Source: the human T2T-CHM13v2.0 reference genome, Homo sapiens
DNA: 64,000 nucleotides
Strand: one strand, 5' to 3'
Assembly (NCBI RefSeq): GCF_009914755.1
Contig: NC_060928.1
How positions within the stretch are numbered: the first letter of the stretch is position 1; every line of letters starts with the position of its first letter. Under the pieces are notes generated by a model that was given only the letters and a program-made list of their open reading frames with translations, searched no databases and had not been told where the DNA came from. Positions 12,501 through 27,070 of the stretch are shown here, piece by piece. The position numbers and the translations under genes were made by a program.

Positions 12501-15500
12501 GCTCTATTGCATTTTGTTCTATTCTGATATTTGTTACTTCTTTTCTGCTGCTAACTTTGGGTTTGGTTTGTTCTTATTTTTCTAGTTTCTCAAGGTGTGA
12601 TGCTAGGTTGTTAATTTACGATCTATTTTTTTAATGTAAGTATTAAATGCTATAAACTTCTCTCTTAACCTTGCTTTTGCTGTATGTAGGATTTGTTTTG
12701 CTGTTTTTTTCATTAGTCTGCATTTCAAAAAAAAATTAAATTTCCATTTTAATTTTTTTATTCACCCAGTGATCATTCAGGAACATGGTGTTTAATTTTC
12801 ATGTATTTGTGTTGTTCTTGAATTTCCTCTTGCTGTTGAATTCTAGTTTTATTCCACTGTGGTCTGAGAAGATACTTGATATGATTTTAGTTTTGTAAAA
12901 TATATTAAGACTTGTTTTGTGGTTAACATGTGGTCTATTTTGGAGAATGTTCTATGTGCTACTGAAAAGAATATATGGTATCTAGTTGTAGAATATAATG
13001 TTCTTTAAATTTCTAAGTCCACTTAGTCTGAAGTCCAATTTTTGTTAAATGTTTTTTTACTGATTTTCTTTCTCAATGATCTGCCTAGTGCTGTGAGTAG
13101 GGAGTTGAAGTCCACCACTATTATTGTGTTGCAGCCTAGCTATTTCTTTATGGCTAGTATGGTTTGTTTTGTAAATTTGTGTGCTCTGATGTTGACTGAA
13201 AATATATGTTTAGGATAGTTATACCTCCTTGATGAACTGATCCCTTCATCATTATATAATTACCTTAGTCTTCTTTTTTTTGCTGTTATTAGTGTACAGT
13301 CTGTTTTATGTGATATACATATAGCCATTTATTCTCATTTATAATTTCCATTTGCATGGAATATAGTTTTCCACTCTTTTACTTTCCCTCTAAATGTGTC
13401 TTTATGGTTAAGGTGATTTTCTTGTAAGCGAGCAGCAGTATAGTGGAATCAAGTTTTTTAAATTTATTATTTCAATTGTGTTTTTAGTGGAGCATTTAAT
13501 CCAATTACATTCAAGGCTAATATTGATATGTGTGGGTTTGTTCCTTTTATAAGGTTAATGTTTTCAGTAGTTTTGCAAATTTTTGTCTCTTTTTTCTGTC
13601 ATTTTGACTTTGTGGTTTGATGAAATTCTGTTGTATTGTCATTTGATTCCCTTCTACTTCTCTTCTGTGTGATTGTATTATAAGGCTTGTGAGTTTTATA
13701 TTTTTGTGTGTGTTTTTTTAATGGTGAATATCAACCTTTTGTTTTTATGTTAAGGCTCCTTTAAGCATTTCTTGTAGTGCCAGTCTAGTGATGACAAGTT
13801 CCCTCTGCATTTGCTTGTCTCGGAAAGACTTTATTTCTTCTTCATTTATGCAGGTTATTCTGGCAGGACTTGGACTAAAATTCGTGGCTAAAAGATTTTT
13901 TATTTTAGGACTTTGAAAATGCCATCTCTTTTGGCTAGTAAGGTTTCTGCTGAAATGTCTGCTGTTAGTCTGATGGGATATTCTTTATAGATGTAAGATG
14001 CTTTCCTCTTGCAAATTTTAAAATTATTCTTTTCACCTTGACTTTAGACATTCTTAATATAATATGCTATAGTGAAGTCCTTTTTGCAATACATTTCCTG
14101 GTGATTGCAGGGCCACCTATAACTAAATGCTTAACTCTCTTGCTAGACTTGGGAAGTTTTTATTGATTATTATCCTAAATAAGATTTCTAAATGTCGATA
14201 TCTCTTCCACCTCAAGAATATTCATAATTTATAAGTTCAGTCACTTTATATACTTCCAGACTTCTCAACATCTTTGTTCATTATTTCTTTTTCCTTATAT
14301 TTGTTTGATTGGATTAATTAAAAAGACCTGTCTTCAAATTATGAGATTTTTTTTTACTTCTGCTTGGTCTAGATCATTATTAAAGCTTTAGAACGCATTT
14401 TGTATTTTCTTCATTAAATTTTTAGTTTCAGGATTTCTGCATAGTCTTTGTTTTTAAAGATATCTTTGCTATATTTCTTGTTTATATCTTGAACCGATTT
14501 TCTTATTTTTTTATATTGGTTTTCAGATTTTTCTTGCATCTCTTTGAGCTTCTTTAAAACCAGTATTTCAAATTCTTTATGTGGCATTTAGAGGAATTTT
14601 TTGTTGTTAGGATTTTTTGCTGGGGAATTGTTGTAGTCTTTTGGTGGTGTCATATCTTCCTGCTTTTTTATAATTCCCATGTCCTTCCGTTGATACCTGT
14701 GTATCTGGTATAGCAGTTTCTTATTTTAATTTTTTGAAAATGATTTTGTAGAGGACAATATTTTCCTTACAAGACTTCTATTTTGTTGTTTGAGTAAGAT
14801 AGCTTGGCTTTGATTTTTGTTGCCTGCAGAGTTGTGACTTTTGTATGACCTCTTCAGCAGTACCCAGGTTCAGTGGTATGTGTGATTTCCTTGGTGGCTT
14901 AAGGTGCAGTTATTAGTTTAGGTTGTGGTTAAATTTTGCTGAGAACTTGGGCACCATCTGAGATTGTTTTCAGAACACAGTGGTGACAACAGTGGTCTGA
15001 GTGTGCCTGTTGTTAGGCCCCAGATCAGATTATGCTGATTTGCAAATGAGTAGATCCAAGAGGGCTGGTTCTTGGGCCTCCAGGTGGCTTGCTTGGAAGC
15101 TACTAGTAAAATTCGTGAGTCATATATGTAGGTGGGTTCCCTGAAAAGAGCTGAAGCTCTAACGGTGGTGGAGCAACACGTCCAAGGTGAAGATGTTGCT
15201 GTTGCTGGTAGCTGTGATGAGTTGGGTCAGCTAGTCCTCAGTCCTACAACCTCCTGTATAAGGGAGGTGGGTATTATCCAAAATATGCTTAGAAGAGCTT
15301 GTCCCTCCCTTGGTCGTCCCTAATCTGGGTGGTGACTTCAGCTTGCATCACCTCAAACTTGGCACAAGGATGAGGCATAGCCCAGAATTAAATTCTCAAA
15401 ATGATGCCAGCTGTGGGCCGTGACCAAGGTGGTTAGGACCGCCTCAGGCTAGGAGCATGAGCAAGAAGCTGTGCCTAGTGCGGTCTACTTGAGTTTTGTT

Positions 15501-16283
15501 CTCATGGCAGCCCATAACAGGGGGGTGGGTATTGTCCCAGATACGTGTCAGAGAGCCTTCTTTCCTTGTCCCTCCTCAACTAAGCAGCAGCTGCAGCTGC
15601 ATCAGCCAGAACTCAGCCTGGAGGCAGGACACAACCCAGCATTAAACTCTCAAAATGGTGCCTTGGGCCTGGGAACAGAGAGGGCAGGGATCCTCTTAGG
15701 CTAGCAGCCTGGGGAAAAAGCTGTGGGGAGTGTGGTGCTCTCATGACTCAGTCTCAACTGCAGCCTGCAGCAGGGTGATGGGGACCCTCCCAGGGTTTCA
15801 TGGGTGTGCCCGGTGTTTTTTCTCCCTGCTTGGATCAATGCAGCAGCAGCAGCCATGTCTGTAGATCCCCAGTATCTAGGCTTTCAAAATAACACCCAGC
15901 TGAAACTGCTTGAGGCTTGGATGCCTGCGGGATTCCGTGTGGGTTTCCTTACTGGAACAATGTCTCAGTGTAACTTCGTATGTCAGGCCAGAGGCCCTAG
16001 TGGTTTGAGATTATCTCCCATAGCTGATCGTAAAAGTCTATTTTGAACTGTGGAAACATGAGGGTTTCTCTCTTAATGTCCCACATGCAGGAGCCTTTCG
16101 CTGGTCTCAGCCAGTCTCTTGCCAAGTAAGCTGCCTCAAACACTCTCCTTACTTACTTCTGGTGCATCCTGTCATTTCTCTTGTGAATCCTAGCAGATCT
16201 GTTTGAAATGTGAGTACCTACTTACTATTCTCGTTCCTTTTAGTGGAGGACCATATTCTACCTGTATCTAGTCCGCCATCTAT
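9505..16283 (-). mobile_element. Near full-length, degenerate L1 (L1MA1-3-like 3' end, L1M-type 5' UTR)
   Basis: L1MA-type 3' UTR at 9505-9750. Continuous ORF2 remnants: track ORFs at 11678-12409 give [29 protein letters not shown] (reverse-transcriptase region). Endonuclease N-terminus (HISILALNV.GLNAP) near 13490-13545. ORF1 at ~13700-14750. 5' end AGATGGCGGACTAGA at ~16268-16282. Many stops and frameshifts. Confidence 0.92.
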
Positions 16284-16298
16284 CTATCATGTGTTTGA

Positions 16299-16608
<310 letters not shown>

Positions 16609-18399
16609 GAATATTTGCTCTTCAACAATTGCCTTGAAGCACAGAGGTGAGTAATTGAGGATTTCAGTCTTTATGCTTATGAGACAGAGAGAGAGAGCAA
16701 GTGAGTGACAGACAGAGAGAGAAAGGAAAGCACAGATGATAATGTGATATTTGGTAATTTAAAATTTTGTATTTTTTGACTGATTGGCTTCTATGTTTTT
16801 AGATGTGGCTATCAGTGTGTTGAATAGGAATCCTTATTATAAGTGGTCATTGTTCAAGTGAAGGAAAGAAAAATAAGTCATGCGATAAAACTCTTCGGCT
16901 GTACAAAACCTAGAAAATCTTGTAAGTAACAGTTTCTACTCCAAAACAAAAGGTTATTTTCAGTAAATCACACATTGTGAAGATTTTGATCACACATAAT
17001 CCCTACAGGAACATTTAAGCATACCAATCATGACAATGTTTATCATCTACTGAGAAATCTACCAGTAAAAGTATGGAGCATGATCTAATAAAAAAGTTTG
17101 GAGTGCCTAAGAAAAGCACTTAATAACCTTCATATTTTAGAGTTGAAAATAACCATCTTGTCAATGCTTCCTTTATATAATTTATGTCACACAGTCAGAA
17201 CATCTGGAATTATATATATAGAATAATTACAGATGAGAGAGTATCAGAAACCTTTGCTGTAGAATAATATGGTGCTAAGTATTGACATTACAGCATTTAC
17301 TATAATAAGAATTATATTTTTGAACTTAATAAGTTTTGAAATTTATGTTATAATTAATAAATTAAATTTTGTTTAACATTAAAATTAAGGAATACTAATA
17401 TTTCTATGAAAAATTATATAGAATATATAAGCAGCTGTATACAATATAATTAAACTTTATTTAGAATTTTATACTTTATATTTTTACATAGTTATTCCTA
17501 CTTTGGTGTACTCCGGGCTTTCATTTTGAAGATTAATGTTTATGACTTTAGAGTTAGTTGCATTTTATGAATTGGTTCATATTCTTAATCATAGTAAAAA
17601 TGCCTGGTTTCTGAGCCTTGAAGGCTTGTTCCAGTTTATAGAACAAAGCTGTTTTCATGCCTCTAGAACATTGTATTACTTTGCATTTTTATGCAGTGTT
17701 AAGAATTTTACCCAAAACTTTCAGAAAATAATTTCAAAGTGTTTACCACATACATATTTCTCATATGACATAACTAGACAAATGCAAGTTTGGTTTAGAT
17801 TCTGATAAATTAGAGAATTATTACTGAATATATTACAAATAAAATTTGCTTTGCGTGGATTACAAGAGCAAGAAAGATATAAATAATAAACATCTTTCGT
17901 ATAAGAAAATAATCTAATATTTGTGCATATCTTCACCAAATTATAACTACTAAATTTTGTTTACATTTTGAAATCAATGTATAAACAATTCTCTGTTTAG
18001 CTTGTTTCACTAACATTACCTAATTTCCTCATTACATTATTTCTAAATTTATGTATAATAAATTTAATGATGAGAAAAATCTCAACATATAGACCAAAAA
18101 ATAGTTAAAATATTTGTCGCTGTTAGGCTTTTAATATGCCTCTAATTATCTAATTGTTCTACAAGTTATGATAAAAGAATAGCTTTTATGCATAAAACTG
18201 TCTTTTTACTAATGAGAAGAATTTGAAAATTCATAGATGTTTTAGCCTTGGTTCGCTAAGAAAAATAACGAAAGTTTGCTGCATAACTCACACGACAATG
18301 CTTTAATCAACTTTGTAATCCCCAGGCAGCAAATGAGGGAAATTGGATGTGATGCAGAGTAAAAGTGCATGCGAATACAAGGTGATATGTTACTTCAAA

Positions 18400-18870
18400 T
18401 GAAAAGATAACTAGTGTCTTGATCATATAGGGCATTCTGAACAGGCCATATGGAAGCACTGGGCCATGGAATAGTCCATCAGAGGGAGGAAAGAAGATAA
18501 TTTTTTTCTGCAAATTTTTTCCTTTTTCTGTTTATCATTGGCCAATGTTTATCTCATGAAGTGTTAACTTCCTCATATTTCTAGTACATATCAACTAGTC
18601 CTTCTGCCAGAAGCCTAAGAATCCAGGATTCTCTGATGCTATTTTACTTGCATTTAGAAATGGTGCAAGCCAGCACCCTAATGAGACTTGTTGAGTAGGA
18701 ACTGAGCATTGACTATGCTGTGGTTTCCATCATAGTGGACCCCACAGAAGTCATGCAAGGGGCTTAGCACCCACAGTAAGGCAGCCAAGATAATCAAATG
18801 TGCTACAAAATGAGGAGGTAGCCACAGGCGGCCAAAAGCCTGAGAGGGAAATGAGGTTTAACTGAATATG
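18400..18870 (-). mobile_element. LTR16/LTR33-like ERVL LTR relic
   Basis: GAATAGTCCATCAGAGGGAGGAAAG...CATTGGCCAATGTTTATCTCATGAAGTGTTAACTTCCTCATATTTCTAG resembles the reverse of the LTR16 core (ggagttaa...ccaat). Boundaries uncertain. Confidence 0.45.
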
Positions 18871-19199
18871 GTAATACATCTAGTAAAAGGTATAAAAATT
18901 TGCCTGGCTCTTAATAATAACTGATGAGTTACTTTTTAAAAATGTATACTATTGTGCACATGTACATGTAATACATAAATGCATTCAGCATTTTTATTAA
19001 ATTAATCAATGTATCTCTGAATCCACCAAAAACTTTTCTAAATAGCATTGTTTAATTACATTTTCACTTATATTATGAGAACAGATTAAATTATTCATGT
19101 TTATTCATTTGAACCTGCAACTACTTCATAGCTGTACAAATAATTCCCCAAACTATTTAGATAATCAGACTTTACTCATAACTCTAAAAAGATAAAATT

Positions 19200-19635
19200 A
19201 CAGCTAGAAGAAATAAAGTCATATACACAAATCTGTATTAATCAACTTTTTTCTGCTTTTGATCCACGTTTCACTAAAGAGTTTTATATAAATACCAAAT
19301 ACAATAACAAAAACATGATTAAAGATTAAATACTAAGGAACATACTTTATAAAAGGAATAATAACAATATGAAAAATAAATAAATTACTACCAAATTGCT
19401 CAAAAGGAAACTTGAATAAATGAAAAGACCAACTATATTCTTGGATTGTTTGAGAGACTCAAAATAATAAAGATGGCAATTTTTAGGTAAGAGAATTTAA
19501 GGTAGAGGTAAGAGAATTTAAGGTAATTAAACATGTTAAGTTTAACATGATTCAACAATCCAAAGATTTTGTTAATAATCCTGAGATATGTTAATAGACT
19601 ATAAGATATAAAAAATAAAACACAAATAGCCAGAA
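19200..19635 (+). mobile_element. Ancient L1M ORF2 fragment
   Basis: A-rich. AACTTGAATAAATGAAAAGACCAACTATATTCTTGGATTG...AGACTCAAAATAATAAAGATGGCAATT matches the L1 ORF2 '[22 protein letters not shown]' region. Confidence 0.65.
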
Positions 19636-19639
19636 ACTA

Positions 19640-20370
<731 letters not shown>

Positions 20371-20599
20371 TCTTCATGACTTGTGTTTTTACACTTTTAG
20401 CCCTATCTCAGTCTTCCGCTGTATTGTCCTTTATTTCTTACATTTTTAAAAATATTTTTTGTCCCCAAAACATTGCACCTATTTCTTCCTCTGTATCAAC
20501 TCAACTTTTCCTACTTCCTAGTGAGGTTTATACTTAAAATCACTTCACTAGTATCACCTAAGTTCAATATTCTTATAGATGCTCATCTTATTTCATTAT

Positions 20600-20770
20600 T
20601 CATGTCATGTTGGCATTTAAATAATATAGCAATTTTTTTAAGGTTGTCATTATTGCTAGGCCTACAGTTTCATGAAAGCAAGGGTTTTGTTTGCTTTCAT
20701 CATCACTATATCTCTAGAATGGAGTTTAAATTCCTTCATAAAGTAAGCACTTGATATGTATACATTGCAA
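20600..20770 (+). mobile_element. L2 3' fragment
   Basis: CTACAGTTTCATGAAAGCAAGGGTTTTGTTTGCTTTCATCATCACTATATCTCTAG...AAGTAAGCACTTGATA resembles the L2 tail. Confidence 0.55.
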
Positions 20771-22072
20771 GTATACACAAAATAATTAATATTATTTTGG
20801 GGGAAATTATTCTTATAGATATTATTTTCCAATTATATGTTTGACATATCCATTGTTCTCATCAATTATTATGCGTTCTTATATAGCATATAATCTTTAT
20901 CATATATATATTTATTGCGTTCACTTCAATTTGATGTTTTCCTTTTGTTTATTTGTATTGCTTTGCTTTTGATAATTAGGGAAACTTCATATAACAGAGA
21001 TTTCAAAAGGATATGAAAATTAAATTTTAAATACAAAGAAAATAAAAATATAAGCAAAATACTTACAATAGCTAGTATTTGCTAGAGGATAACCAGATAT
21101 TAGAGAAAAGCCTATAATTCAAGATGGCAAGAATAGGAAAAAAAAAGCTAAATATAAAGATATTCATCAACTGGAAATAAATTCCAAATGAATTTGGATT
21201 GAAGAATATTAAATGTGCTAAGTTTGTAGAAGGTTGATGTTACTGGGTCATAATATAAACCAAAAAAAACCTAGTATTCAGACTGAATTTGAGGAAACTC
21301 TGAGGTGCAGAAAACTTTTAATTGTGCACCTATGCCATTCTTTATGACTAGCTAACTCTAAGAATTTTCATCTTCTTCTCTTCATTGCTGCAAATCCTTA
21401 TTTAGAGGATGTACATTGTTTCTCATCTTTCTCAGTTAAGAAACCAGACAATATTCCTTTATGTAGGCATTAGTGCTAAAGAGTCTGTCCAAAAATGTTA
21501 AAAAAAAAAAGTGCAGCCCTCAGATCTAATAAGCATCAAAGGCTGTACGCCTACCACTTTAGTTATGTTTTGCTTTGTTCTTGGTGATGAGTGAGGGTCA
21601 AAATTAGGAAGAACGTAGAATACTGGAGCTCATATAATTTTTGGCAAATGTCTCTAATGTAATACAATTTGCACTGGAATTCTATTAATTTCCAAAGAGT
21701 AGTAGATACTATATGGCCAATAAATTTTCCCAGTGACTGAGACTAGTCCCACCTGTTTTCTTTTTCAGAGTTACTCCAGGACAATAAGAGGAGTAATGCT
21801 TACTTGGGCACTTGGAGAATGAACATGAATTGCCTTACCCAAGGCGATATTTGCATTATGCAAAAATAAAAAGTATCTGCATGAATATGAATATGACTAT
21901 AAATACTACTGATATTACAAATTATATTTATTTTCAATCTAAAAGGAACCATACCAATTTTCCTTTTCCTCTAGTATTGCATAAAAATTTCTGATTATTT
22001 TGACTTCTTCCTTTCAAATATTTCAATGATTACTTATTTTTTTCAAAAAGATGAATTAGATTTACCTAGATC

Positions 22073-22430
22073 TAATTAGCTAAGATGCGGTGACACTGGA
22101 GTAGGGCAGACTCGTAATCCAGACTGGTGTCCTTATAAAACAGAGAAATTGGAGCATATACATGCACACAGGAGAAACAACATGTGAAAATGAAGGAAGA
22201 AATTAGGATATTGAAGCATATGACAAAGAACACCAAAGACGTAGAGCAAGTAACAAGACGAAGGTAGAAAAGAAGCATGGGACAGATTTCTTACTCACAG
22301 CCCCCAGAAGGAACCAACCCTGCCAATACCTTTATCTTGATTCTGACTTGCTGATCGTGAGACAATAAATTCATGTTGTGTAAGCCATCCAGTTTGTGGT
22401 ATTTTGTTAGGGAAGCCCTAGCAAGCTGAC
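22073..22430 (+). mobile_element. MLT1B-like MaLR LTR
   Basis: GACTGGTGTCCTTATAAAA...CAGAAGGAACCAACCCTGCCAATACCT...AATAAATTCATGTTGTGTAAGCCATCCAGTTTGTGGTATTTTGTT are typical MLT1A-C motifs. Confidence 0.85.
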
Positions 22431-25400
22431 TGGTTTGTTGTCCTCTACATATTAAAAATATCTCTTTTGTGTCTCATTGATCTTTGTACAAATCCTTCCT
22501 CCAACTCCAACCAATTTCTTGAATCAGACATGAGATCAATGGAAGGGATAAATAAGTAAAAGAATCAGCAAATAAATAATACAAGGTGAAAAAAATCCCA
22601 ATTAATTACTGTGCCTTGAGTTTGCAAGACAGGTGTAAGAAATTCTTGGAGATATTGCAAAAAATATAAAAAGAGAAAAATAAGTTGGGAATCATTCCAC
22701 TGAATACCTACATAAACATTTACATTTCTGTAGCCTCTTTCAATGCCATAAACACTAATTTCTATTTTAATTTTGTGTACCTGAACCCACTCTACTCACA
22801 GTTGCGTCAGCATGACCTTTTTGAATGAATATGTTTTTGAAAATAATATCTTTCTGAGTTATCACCACCATTTCAATTATTTATATCCAATTTCCTATGT
22901 AAACTTCTGTGACACATGCCCTGACACTTCTGTCTCCTCACACTGATGACATCTCTCTATTGTCCTTCTTCAGTGTATATGAGTTTTCATTTGCTAAGAG
23001 ACTTCAACTGTAGGATAATACCCTCTGGATATTTCACTAATTGTGTCTCTAATTTTAGGAAGAACTAAAGATTTTATTCTGATTTTACTTTATTTCAAGA
23101 AGTGGAAAAGTTTTTAAAGGAGTCAAGAAGAAAATGTTATTAAGAAAAAACATATTGCACATACTAGACTAAGGAGTTTCTAAGAAGTAAAGAGGCATTT
23201 AATAGAACTACTCTGTGCTGGATTTTTCTTAAGCCATATTTGATGTCTTTTTAGATTGCTGCTCTTTGTAGGAAAGTGTAAAAAATTATTTGCAGGAGAA
23301 GCCTCCCAGTTATCAAACAGTAGTAAAAATAAATTAGGCTACACTTAGGTAAATCATCAAACTAGCTGATTGCTTGGGACTATCTCAAGACTAGAGACAT
23401 GAAATGCTCATGCCTTACAAATCACATTTCACCCAGTAAGGTAATATGTAGGGATTTTATGTCAGAATCTTGCTAATCATAACAAATATTTTTGCCTGGA
23501 AATTTGGCAAACATGTATTTGGAATCTTTAGCAACTCTAGAAAACTGGTAGAATGTGTGGGCTGTTGGGATCATAGTCCATTTTCATTTATTTCTCATCA
23601 AAGGGATATTGCTAACAGACGGCATCTGGATCTAAAACTTTAGTATGGGCTCATTGCATTGCTCTACTGCCTCTGATAGATCCTACTTCACTCATTTTAT
23701 AATTTCTGACTCATGAAGTCTGTGCCAACCAGTGGTAGTATCACTTTCCTTTCAATTTTACCATGAATTTCTAAATCAGGAGGTACATTTATGATCATAA
23801 CATGTACTTTAAATAGGCATACTGGATGTTTTTAAATAGTCATCCTTTGTTGTGAATTTATATTTTGACTAAACAAAAACTATTACAGCTGCATTTTATG
23901 AAATGCCTTCCTCATAGTTATCATAACATTAGAAACCTGAGAATTGTATTTCTTATAGAAAACTATTTTCTAAGTTAACTGAAAGGCCACAAGGAAAAAT
24001 TAAGTAAGTGAAAATTATTAAATATATTTTGTTTATATCATTATCATCTCTCAAGTATAGCACAGAAACTACTGAGTTCACTATTATTTTTATTGTATTC
24101 TACACCAACATATGGTTTTACTTTATTTTTCTCTTTAAATCAACACCTAAACGTATGTACTTAGTCAAAGGTGGTTCTAAAATGTTGCTAGAGAATAGAT
24201 GCAGCTCTAACATATTGGATAGGAGTCTATAAACTAATAACAATATAAAACTAAAATAGTATAAAACAGCAAAACTGTACTGGGAAAATTACTCAATGCA
24301 CAGATAATAGTTCTTTTAAAAAATAGTAGTCTATTGTTTCTCTACAATGTTACAATATATGAATAGCATCTATAGAAAGAAAGAAGTTTCCATGCCATGC
24401 TATGCTAAATATATACCCTTTATCTTAAGGAAATCAATAGATAAGGTTAACATACAAAATAGGCTTCTGAGAGTAAACAAAATGAAACAAAAATAAACCT
24501 TCCCATACAAATAAGATATACTTGTCACAGAGGATAGCCTAGTTATAGCAACTGCAGTGCAAGACTTACAGAGCTACCCAACCAAACGCTTACTTGGCAC
24601 CCATTTCCTAGTGGAACAGGCTTACCAACTTGTAAACAGGCACCATGCCATACTAACAGATGGTTGAGTATTCACAACCAAAAGACCATGAATGAACATC
24701 AAATGTGTTTACTGAGGGCAGGAGTTCCAAGAGCAAATGCCCAAACAGCTGTCTGTCCTTAGGTTATGAACCTAGAGTTGAAGATATCTGCCACTCCTAA
24801 TTCATGTCTTGGTGAGATTAAGTTCTCTCAAACCCTCAAGTTGCCTTCTTCCTTTCATAACAAATATTCTTTATACACTGAACCATATGTATATGTGCTT
24901 AATTGTGTTCAGAGTACTGTAGTGTTTTACTTGTAAATATGTTCATTTCAGTTAACATCTTGCATGTATGCCCAAAGGAAATAGCAGATATGTACTCAAA
25001 TCTGATGTTGGTTGATATGTATTACCATCATTGTCAAAATCATTATCTACAGTCACAAACCTGTCTCTGACCATAAGAGATGCCTATTGTAAGGTAGCCT
25101 GGAGGATATAAAATCCTCTATAATCTCTTCACTGACACAATAGAAAATCAATCTGTTCTTATCTAGATTTATTACCCTCAGCTTTTAGGAGATGCAACAC
25201 AATCTGAGAATGGTAATCATGACATTGTTTCTTAAAAGTTGGATGTAGTAAATTTCATGTATTACAGTTGCCATAGCTTCTTCAGAAAATTCCACTGAAG
25301 AAAAACACAATAGCTAACACCTAACTTGTTTTTTCTAATGGACAATTGCACTGCAATAGCGCCCATGGGACAATTTCAAAAATCATAATAAGTCTTTTAA

Positions 25401-25949
25401 AGACTTTTCAACATATATTATTAAGTAATTTATAATTGAAGACATTATAATAAACTCAGGAAAGCTGTCAAGAGACAAGAATATCAAACACATTATTATT
25501 ATCCTATAACATTTAAAATATATCTAAAAAGTAGTTATGTTATACAATATTTTATAAATAATAGGCGATAGTTTTATTAAAGTTTGAATTTTTTCAGAAA
25601 TTATTAAATTATTTTGCAAGGAGACTCTGAAGCCAGAATTTACATCAGGCTTCCATGGTGATATGTGAGAATGCATTAGAAGCATTCTTACCAAAAACAA
25701 GATGAAGACAAGAATGTTTACAGTAAATTACATGTTATATTTATATTGGTCTATCTTTGCACATTATAATTAACCATGACATTACATGAAATAACATTTT
25801 TGAAACATATGTATTATATGTAAGTAGTTATTAAGTTATTTAAGACTCAGGAAAATCATCTAATACTTGCAAACAGAGTTGAATATCATACGATTCATGT
25901 AGATATTTCTATATATAAGTAACTTATATCATATATTAAGATAATGGCT

Positions 25950-26650
25950 AATTTAAAAATATAGAAGAACACTTTTAAACATGAAAAATAACTAAACCAT
26001 TATAATTGGAAATATGTTTACCTAAACATACTGACAGATGAAAAGATGACTATTCAATGAACAAAGATGGAAGAGGATGATCTTTAAGATACCTATTTTC
26101 TCTAACTTGACCTGTATATGTAACAAATTTTTAATTAAAATATAATTCTCATATCTATCTGAAAAATAAAAATATGAAGTTAGCTATAAAAATTCTGAAA
26201 ATAAAGAATAGTAACAAGCTACCAGATATTTTAAAATATTGTGAAGTCACATAATTAAAAATGTATATTGACCTAGGAATTGGCTTGCCAATCAATGAGG
26301 AGGGTATAACAAAAATAAATAAAGTCATGTATGTAAGATTTTGGCTGATGGTAAAGAAGACATCTCAAGGTAGTGAGGAAACTATTTCATCTTTATTTAG
26401 TAACATTTATAATTGGCTGTTTAGTAATTAAAAAATAGAATATAAAAAATAGGAAACCAATTTTACTTCTTTAACAATTACACCTATAGACAAATACCAG
26501 AGGGATTAACTATTTAAATGTAAAATGTGGCAGTTTAAAACACTACAAGGAGAAATGTGTTTCTAACTCAGGAATAGGAAAGGCACTTTTACAAATGGCA
26601 TAGAAACCACAAGGAGCCATAAATGAAATGGAAGCAAATAAAACTTTAAA
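25950..26650 (+). mobile_element. Ancient L1M(E) ORF2 fragment
   Basis: A-rich, with degenerate ORF2 motifs (CTACCAGATATTTTAAAATATTGTGAAG; GGGATTAACTATTTAAATGTAAAA). Probably resumes at ~27100-27400. Confidence 0.55.
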
Positions 26651-26656
26651 ACCCTT

Positions 26657-27070
26657 TTATTAGTTAGGTTAATGCTAGCTTCTGTAAATAACAATCATAA
26701 AGTATTCAGTGGCTTCACAGAGTAAAAGTTTATTGCTAGCATGGTGGGTAGGCTACCATGCTGTGATTCAGAGCCTCAACGTCCTTCCTTTTCTCTTGGG
26801 GCTAGAGACTTTTCTGGGTCATCATAGTCCTCAGTATTCAGCTGGCCGTTGAGGCAGCAGAGAGTGATAAAGGCCCACCAGCTTCTTAAATACGCAGACC
26901 TGAAAAAGACCCGCATTCATTCTACTCACACTACATGTTTGAACTCATTATCCCCACCTCCCTGACTTTGATTCAAAGGTGTGATGAGAACATAATTTCT
27001 GCCTGGTCACCTGTTGCTCATCAACAACTCTGCACAGTAGAAGGTGTAGCTCATGTAATTAGAGGAAATG
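26657..27070 (-). mobile_element. MLT1J/K-like MaLR LTR
   Basis: TTAGTTAGGTTAATGCTAGCTTCTGTAA...TCAGTGGCTTCACAGAGTAAAAGTTTATT...ATTCAGCTGGC...TTCTACTCACAC matches old MLT1 LTRs. Confidence 0.6.

Noticed and set aside
21755-21850. Strong-looking splice acceptor (CCTGTTTTCTTTTCAG) as an exon start
   Set aside because: No convincing donor or recognisable reading frame; such matches are frequent in T-rich DNA. A non-coding exon cannot be excluded without RNA data.
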